64,000 nt of DNA, from positions 310,001 to 374,000 of the forward strand of contig OZ024756.1 of the NCBI GenBank assembly GCA_964016885.1. Reading direction: 5' to 3'. Source of the stretch: Eledone cirrhosa. Its lineage: Eukaryota. The notes beneath the pieces are model-generated. The model had not been told where the DNA came from. It saw only the letters and a list, made by a program, of their open reading frames with translations, and ran no database searches. A program made the position numbers and the translations under genes. This document shows positions 55,661 to 64,000 of the stretch, in pieces (the first letter of the stretch is position 1; each line of letters opens with the position of its first letter).

Positions 55661-58330
55661 ATCATCATCATCTTCTTCATCATCATTTTACGTCTGCTTT
55701 TCCCTGCTTGCAAGGGTGGGACGGGTTTTATTCAGCACAGCATCTCTCCACTCGTCACGGTCCTTCGTCATCTCCACCGTGAGCTTCAATGATCTGAGGT
55801 CTGTTCTCACCACCTCCGCCCATGTTTTTCGTGGTCTACCTCTACCACGTCTTCCTTCAACTGGCATTTCCTGGCACTTCTTCACCCATCGGTCATCCTC
55901 CATGCGCTTCACATGTCCATACCACCTCAGTCTCCTCTCCCGTACACTACATTCTATCCCTCTCAGACACAGTTTCTCTCTCAACACATTTATGCTGGGT
56001 CGTTCACGCACATTTACACTGCACATCCAACAGAGCATGCTTGCCTCATTTCTCTCCAGCCGTCGCATATCCTCTGCAGTTGCTGCCCATGTCTCACTAC
56101 CATGCAGCATCGCGCTCCTCACACAGGCATCATACAACCGGCCTTTCGCACGCAGGGAGAAACCCTTCTTCGTCAACAGAGGAAGCAGCTCCCTAAACTT
56201 CTTCCAACCCGTCCTTATTCTAGATACTATGGCCTCGGAACACCCTCTTCCCATGCTAATCTGATCTCCTAGGTACCGGAAGCTATCCACCACTTCTATA
56301 GCGCCCTCCTGCATTTGAAAAATGTGTCTATCAATGCGACTTCTACTGTCTAATTTCCCTGTACATCTACTGCATACATATTTCTCCCTACCTGTTAGTT
56401 TGCCTGCTATCCCGCTACATCTCTTGTGTACCCAGGATCTGCATTGTGTGCATTTTATAGAATTTATGCCAGTTCCTTTTCTGCATATCGAATATGGCCA
56501 TTTCCCTGACGGAATCAGGGTTTTGTCCTCTTTTCTACTCATCAACACTTTTGTCTTAGCTAGGTTCACTCTCAGTCCTCTTGCTTCCAACTGCTGTTTC
56601 CATAGCCAGAATTTATTCTCTAGCTCCTCTACTGATTCTGCTATAAGAACCAGATCGTCAGCATAGAGAAGTTCCCATGGACAACCAGTCTTAAACTCCT
56701 CTGTTATGGCTTGGAGGACTATAATGATCAAGAGCGGGCTGAGGACCGAACCCTGATGTAGTCCTACTTGTATCTGGAATTCCTCACTAAACTCCATTCC
56801 TACTCTGACTTTACTGAGAGTACCTCTGTACAAAGTTTTCACTGTCCTCACAAGCCATTCCTCAACACCTAGCTTCCTTAGGGACCACCAGATGACAGAT
56901 CGGGGTACCCTATCAAAGGCCTTCTCTAGGTCAACAAAGGCTAAGTATAGTGGCTTATTCTTCTCTAAGAACCACTCTTGCATTTGTCTCACCAAGAAGA
57001 GGGCATCTGTTGTACTCTTCCCAGGCACAAAACCAAACTGCATCTCATCTAGTTTGACCCTTTCTCTAATTAGTTGTGCTAAAATCCTTTCTGCAACTTT
57101 CATAACCTGATCTATCAGTTTTATACCCCTATAATTGCTCCTCTCCAGAGCATCCCTTTTACCTTTGTAGCAATTTATGAGAATACTGCTGCACCAGTCT
57201 TTGGGTATGACACCACCATATATAGCCTGATTGATGATGCGTGCAACCGGTTTAGTGCCTACGTCCCCTGATGCCTTCAGCATCTCAGCAACTATTCCCG
57301 ATGGTCCGGCAGCCTTACCATTTTTCATTTCCCTAATCGCCTCTTGGACCCTATATTCGTCAATCTCAATAGCTGGTCCCTCTGTCGGATCTACCAAGGG
57401 TAATTTCTCTCTTTCCCATTTGTTCTCCACATTCATCAGTCTTTCATAATGACATTTCCAGGCCTCCTTTTTCTGATCATTCGTGACACTAAGTACACCG
57501 GCATCATCCCGGACACATTTATCTCCAACAACATCCTGATTTGCATTGACACACTGCCTTGCAATGTGGAACACCGCACGCCTCTGATCTTCCCGTCGCA
57601 GAACATTGGCAAACCTCCTACTCTCTGCCTCCCTGCGTGCTAAGTACACCTGACGTCTAGCTTCTCTCTTAGTGGCTGTATATTCTTCCCTACTCCCACC
57701 CTTTTTCCAAGCCTTCCATGCTAGTCTTTTGTCTCTAATAGCCTTATCTACTGTGAGGTTCCACCACCAGGTCACTCTCTGTCTGGTTGGAGCTCTGCTC
57801 CAGCCACAAGTTTCATCAGTAGCCTGCAGCAAGTTGTCACGTAAGAAATTCCAGTTATTATCTATGTCATACGTCTCTAAATCGTCTTCTTTTTCATCAT
57901 ATAGATCTTGAAGGGCTTTCCTAAATTTGTATTTTAGTTAAAGGTCTTTTAGCTTCCACACCTTCCTATATGTCTCATTCCATCTCTTGCTTACTGAGAT
58001 ATCACTAACAACTAACCTATGCTTTGGGGTACATTCTTCCCCAGGGTATGCCTTGGAATTAGACACTATCTGCCTGTCCCGCTGCCTAACTAGTAAGAAG
58101 TCAATCTGGCTTATGTGCTCACCAGATTTGTAGGTTATTAGGTGATTGGCAGGTTTCTGGAAGTTTGTGTTGCAAATAGTCAATGTACCTGCATCACAAA
58201 ATTCAAGAAGTCTCACTCCTTCATTTCTTGAACCGTAACCGTGCCCACCATTTACCCCAGTGTAACCATCCTGGAGCTGTCCAACATGACCATTGAAGTC
58301 TCCTGCTAGCATAACGATGTATCCGTCCTC
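55661..58330 (-). mobile_element. RTE LINE family B, 5'-truncated within the endonuclease
   Basis: Endonuclease motifs LAGDFNGHVG, NTNFQK, SQIDFLL, HRLVVSD (57938-58330); (ATG)n tail directly after the stop codon. Confidence 0.95.
55688..57832 (-). CDS. RTE reverse transcriptase ORF (714-aa open portion)
   Basis: NYRGIKLI, FVDLEKAFDRV, LHQGSVLSPLL, LLYADD, RLRWYGHV, GRPRKTW. Confidence 0.93.
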   Translation of the reverse strand: MLQATDETCGWSRAPTRQRVTWWWNLTVDKAIRDKRLAWKAWKKGGSREEYTATKREARRQVYLARREAESRRFANVLRREDQRRAVFHIARQCVNANQDVVGDKCVRDDAGVLSVTNDQKKEAWKCHYERLMNVENKWEREKLPLVDPTEGPAIEIDEYRVQEAIREMKNGKAAGPSGIVAEMLKASGDVGTKPVARIINQAIYGGVIPKDWCSSILINCYKGKRDALERSNYRGIKLIDQVMKVAERILAQLIRERVKLDEMQFGFVPGKSTTDALFLVRQMQEWFLEKNKPLYLAFVDLEKAFDRVPRSVIWWSLRKLGVEEWLVRTVKTLYRGTLSKVRVGMEFSEEFQIQVGLHQGSVLSPLLIIIVLQAITEEFKTGCPWELLYADDLVLIAESVEELENKFWLWKQQLEARGLRVNLAKTKVLMSRKEDKTLIPSGKWPYSICRKGTGINSIKCTQCRSWVHKRCSGIAGKLTGREKYVCSRCTGKLDSRSRIDRHIFQMQEGAIEVVDSFRYLGDQISMGRGCSEAIVSRIRTGWKKFRELLPLLTKKGFSLRAKGRLYDACVRSAMLHGSETWAATAEDMRRLERNEASMLCWMCSVNVRERPSINVLREKLCLRGIECSVRERRLRWYGHVKRMEDDRWVKKCQEMPVEGRRGRGRPRKTWAEVVRTDLRSLKLTVEMTKDRDEWRDAVLNKTRPTLASREKQT

Positions 58331-58441
58331 TATAAATATATATATATATACATACAACACAGATATATATATATATACTACACAGATATATATATATATA
58401 TATATACTACACAGATATAGATATATATATATATACTACAC

Positions 58442-58502
<61 letters not shown>

Positions 58503-59569
58503 CAACTCAGATATATATATACTACACAGATATATATACAACACAGATATATATCTATATATATACAACACATATATATATATATATATATAGACAACAC
58601 AGATATATATATATACAACAGATATATATATACTACGAATTTTAAATGAAAAATTTTGTAAAATAAAAATACTGAAAAATTAATTTATCATTCTCTTATA
58701 TTGATTGCTGATGCTGTGTGTGTGTGTGTGTATACACACACAGACACACCTACACAAATACACATGCACAGAAAGACACAAACACATACATACATACATA
58801 CAAACATTCACAGACACACACATGCATACATACATAGAAACATAATCACACACACCTATTTAGACACACATACATACATACATACTTATACACCCATATA
58901 TACATAGACACACAATCTCAATCCAACTCAAATCTTTGGGATGGGGGAATCAAGTTGTTTTTCCTCAATTTAAGACTCGCCTTTAATAAAAAGTGAGACA
59001 TTTTGAGAATTAGAAGCCAGAAACTATTTTAGTAAATTAATATTGAAATATGTAATAAAACACAACAGAGCCAGTTAACTCAGACATAATAATGGTTTCT
59101 ACTTTAGGCACAAGGCCAGCAATTATCCCAGTGCATTACTGGTACTTTATTTTATCGACCCCGTAAGGATGAAAGGAAAAGTTAACCTCGGCAGGATTTG
59201 AACTCAGAATGGCAAGGGCCATAACTCTATGCGTCAAAGCATGGCGTCTGACCCTCTACCAATACTGCCAATCTACCATCCCAACAATAATGTCATATTT
59301 TATTATATATAGTTTTGTAAGAGAGGCAATATAGCAGCACTGATGGACTTTCCAGGGTTTTTGAGATTTGGTGTTGAGGAAATAGTGAAGACAAAACCAT
59401 GACTGAGGGTGGACTCTAGTTGTAGGAAGCAACACATTAAGGTATTACCTTCATACTAGAAAGCAGTGTACTCTAAATGTTGGCAAGAGAAGGGACTCTG
59501 CTAAGGGACAAAAGGTTGTGTCGAATATATTAAATGAGGTGGCAGATTATGGACACAAGCACATGGTCA

Positions 59570-59770
59570 GTTGAAGCAAAGGAGCTGGATGCATTGGTAG
59601 CCAAAGGTGTAATTAAAAAATGCCCTCCTGGTGGCATAGTTTATACTTCTGCAGTCGTGTGGGTTAGAAAAAAAAATGGACAACTTCGTATATGCCCTGA
59701 CTACAAACTTCACCTGAAGCCTATCCTTTGCCACAGATTGAAGCCATGTTCAGCAAGCTTAGTGGTGTAA
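59570..59770 (+). pseudogene. Ty3/Gypsy RT N-terminal fragment
   Basis: ELDALVAKGVI...SAVVWVRKKNGQLRICPDYK, then after a frameshift YPLPQIEAMFSKLSG. Confidence 0.75.
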
Positions 59771-60919
59771 GAGTCAGAAATTTAAAACCGAAAAGCACAT
59801 ATAAGAAGCATTAGCCTTCATGCCTTTCTCGAGAGCATCATCGAGGGTAAATGAAACCTAACCATGGTCTTAACCTTTTTGATGCCAACCAGGCAAAACC
59901 AGGCTCTGGTTCTATGAAACAAAACCACCCATTTAAAAAGAGTTCTTAACTAGACTAAATCTTCCAATATAATTTTATATAAGACCCAGTGATAGCTAGG
60001 GCATCAAACTGTATAAAACCTGCCAAATAAAGGATCTGGAGGACTCTTCAGCTGTGTCAAAGACATGACAGCCTCCCTAGTGCTGGTGCCATAATAAAAA
60101 GCATTCAGTAGAACATGGAGTGTAGGCCCCCAGCCAACCCAAGCCCTGTTTGAAAACCTAAGTAAGCAAGATGCAGGGACCCAGAACATCTAAGAGGTCA
60201 ATAACTCTACCTAAGTACTTAATCTGTATCGAACTGTTCAACCCTTGCTACAAGATAAGGCAAATGATGATGATGATGATGATGAACCATATGTTAAGTT
60301 ACTATCTTAGTAATGAAGTAATTAATAGTTTTAGTAAATTCATCAAAATTCTTCATTCATTAATTGAAGTAGAGTGTAATTCATTAGAAATATGGTAATA
60401 AAAAGGTTAAACTAAGATTGAAAAGCTGCCTGATAACTTGACTTTATTCTCTTATAATAACTTTAAAATACTCTGTAACAACTAAAAACAGTGAACCTCT
60501 TTATGGTCATTCCACTGGCTAGAAATGGCAACCAAATCTGCTTTAAAAAAAATCATACACTACCATCTTCAACATAAAAAAAGTATAAGACATTATATTA
60601 AGTTGGCCTGGGTTAATTACACACAAAACAGTTGCAATGATAGCAGCTGGAATACCTTTGATGATGTGTCTACTGAATCAGGGCCAACCTGGGGCTAAAC
60701 AACAACTCAGAACAAATAGAAATAAATACTCTCTAGACACTGTCATTGATCTGTTCCAAATAACATCAGAAACAATTTAAAAGAATGTTTTGACAAACCA
60801 AACTACAATGATATTTTTGGTTACAACAAAATAAGCAGAATACATATATATGTGTGGGTGTGAGTACACACACACACACACACATACAAAATAGAACGGA
60901 CTAATGATCAAGCAAAGTG

Positions 60920-62176
60920 AATTTCAGGTGTGTGTATGTATGTGTGTATCCACATATACAAACATGTATGTGTGTATGAATACACAGACGTGTATACACT
61001 AGTATTATGCTCTTGTGAATGCATTGATAAGTATGTGAACACATACACGCACACACATATATATACATACATATATATATACATACACACACATATATAT
61101 ATATATACATACATATATATATATACATATATACACATACATATATATATATACATACACACATACATATATATATATACATACACACATACATATATAT
61201 GTATACATACACACATACATATATGTATACATACACACATACATATATATGTATACATACACACATACATATATATGTATACATACACACATACATATAT
61301 ATATATATATACATACACACATACATATATATATACACATACACATATATATATATATACACATATATATATATACATATACACACATTTTTTATACATA
61401 TACACATACATATATATATATACATACACACATACATATATATATATGTATACATACACACATACATATACATGTATACATACACACATATATATATATA
61501 CATACACACATATATATATACATACATATACATACATATATGCACACATACATATATATGCATCTATGCACACATACATACATAAACACTCAATGATTTT
61601 GAATGTAAAACACGTACAATAATGTAGTTATTAAAATATATATACACAGGTACACTTAGTGGTGATGTATATTGATGAGTGTGTATGTGTATAAGTATGT
61701 GTACAAGTATGTGTGTGTGTACAAGTATATGTGTATAAGTATGTGTGTGTGTGTACAAGTGTGACTATGTCCATGTATTTATGTATGTTCATGAGTGTTT
61801 GTGTGCATGTGTATGTGCACAAGTGTGTATATGTGTTCATCTGTGTGTATATGTGTTTACCTGTGTGTATATGTGTTTACCTGTGTGTATATGTGTTTAC
61901 CTGTCTGTATATGTGTTCATATGTGTGTATGTGTTTACCTGTGTGTATATGTATTTATCTGTGTATATGTGTTCATCTGCATATGTATGTGTGTTCAGAT
62001 GTATATGTGTATGTATATGGGTTCACCTGTGTGTGTGTGTGTGTATTTAGATGTGTATGTGTGTGTATTCAGATGTGTGTGTGTGTGTGTGTGTGTGTGT
62101 ATTCAGATGTGTATGTATGTGTGTGTGTGTGTGTGTATTCAGATGTGTATGTGTGTTCATGTGTATGTGTGTGTTT
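60920..62176. repeat. (TA)/(CA)/(TG) compound microsatellite region
   Basis: Directly visible. Confidence 0.9.
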
Positions 62177-62598
62177 CAGAGATTCTCCACACACCAGTCT
62201 GTAATTGCTGGCAGTAGTATTGGAGATAACATTTTAAGAATACTTGAAATAGTGTAATTTAATTTGAAAAGTTGGGAAAAGGAAATATAGAAATATATAA
62301 AATATATGGAGAGTAAGATGGTATATAGTGGGGAAGACAGCAAAGACATGGGGGGAAAACCAGATATGTTGTTACAGAGGATATATAGATATATATATAT
62401 ATATAAATGAAAGGTATAGAAAACACTGCAGCGAAAAACGAACAGCATTTCATGAGAGAGAGAGAGAGAGATTGGAGTGAGATAGAAAGAAAGAGAGGAG
62501 TGAGATAGAGAGAGAGAGATTGGAGTGAGATAAAGAAATATATATATATAATATATATAGATAGATAGATAGATAGATAGAGAGAGACAGGGAGAGAG

Positions 62599-62694
<96 letters not shown>

Positions 62695-62799
62695 AGGGGG
62701 GGGAGGCAATTACCCAGCACGTGCATCACTACCACAACCACTAAACCACCAGTCTCAAAAACCATTTATATCTCCACCAAAACTCGAGGAAAAGCAATC

Positions 62800-63420
62800 T
62801 TCACCTTCACTACTACTTCTACCACCACAGCCACCACTACAGAGCATCACCTTCACAACCACCACAACTACTACTACTACCACCAACACTACTACTACCA
62901 CAGCCACTACAACTATTACTATTACCACCACCACTACAGAGCATCACCTTCACAGCCACCACAACTACTACTACTACTACTACCACCACCACCACTACAA
63001 CTACTACCACCACAGAGCATCACCTTCACAGCCACCACAACTACTACTACTACCACCACAGCCACTACAACTACTACTATTACCACCACAGAGCATCACC
63101 TTCACTACCACCACAACCACTACAACTACTACTACTACCACCACCACAGCCACTACAACTACTACTACTACCACCACCACCACACCCACTACAACTACTA
63201 TTACTACCACCACCACCACTACAGAGCATCACCTTCACAGCCACTACAACTACTACCACAAACACCACAACCAACACTACTACTATTTCTACTACTACTA
63301 TTTCTACTACTACTACCACCACCACAGCTACTATTACCACTATCACCAATACCAACACTACTACCACCAAATACCGCTTACCTTCACTAAAGCTACCAAA
63401 ATCACCACCACTATCACTAT
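62800..63420. repeat. (ACT/ACC)n with a recurring acagagcatcaccttcac anchor (variable-length minisatellite)
   Basis: Anchor at about 62839, 62936, 63013, 63088, 63221. Confidence 0.85.
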
Positions 63421-64000
63421 TATTATTTGGATTGCTTTATGGCATACAGTTACATCCCTTTACATTCTGAGTTCAAAGTTAGCTTTGCCTTTTATCCTTA
63501 CAGGACCAATACAATAAAGTACCAGTAACACACTGGGGTTGATTTAATCAATTCCCCTCCCCCTAAAATTGTTGGCTTTTTGTCTAAATCAGAAACCATT
63601 ATTATAGAGGGTCGGACGCCATGCTTTGCAACAAAGAGTTACATCCCTTTATGGTTTGTGTTCAAATCCCGCTGAGGTTTACTTTGCCTTTCATCCTTAC
63701 GGGGTCGATAAAATAAAGTACCAGTAATAAACTGGGATAATTGCTGGCCTTGTGCCAAATATAGAAACATTATTATGGTTTTGCTATAGTGCACTTTTAC
63801 TCGACCTTATTGTAAACCCCCACTGTCCCTTCTTTGTATTGTCCCCTACATGTTGACCCTTGGGGCCAATAAATGAAATCATTATTATTATTGTTGGAAC
63901 CTTCTTTGTTTTAATTCTATTGTTATCTTTTTTTTAATATTGTTAAAATTTGTTTAAAAACCCACACAGCAACACACACACACACACTATGTTTTCATCC

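Overview
Eukaryotic, extremely repeat-rich, gene-poor DNA. The SINE/RTE families and the (TA)n load resemble octopus (coleoid cephalopod) genomes, which is an inference from memory rather than a search result. No host gene can be firmly called; two or three isolated exon candidates exist. The window is a mosaic of (TA)n/(CA)n/(GA)n microsatellites carrying the following. (i) A near-complete Penelope-like element (PLE; RT plus GIY-YIG, 11.6-15.1 kb), plus many truncated or non-coding fold-back PLE derivatives of several families. These carry more than a dozen minimal hammerhead-ribozyme motifs, some with atypical cores. (ii) RTE-clade LINEs of two families (longest at 48.9-51.7 kb and 55.7-58.3 kb) whose ORF carries a PHD-like C4HC3 finger. 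(iii) CR1/L2-type LINE 3' ends and tRNA-derived SINEs. (iv) A non-autonomous Helitron, TTAA-flanked MITEs, a dead Tc1 transposase and a Gypsy RT scrap. (v) Three minisatellite arrays (36, 49 and 48 bp units), each of which appears to be an amplified piece of a local SINE. Nearly all long ORFs in the track (IY/HT/CV repeats) are microsatellite artefacts. All coordinates were read by eye and are approximate.
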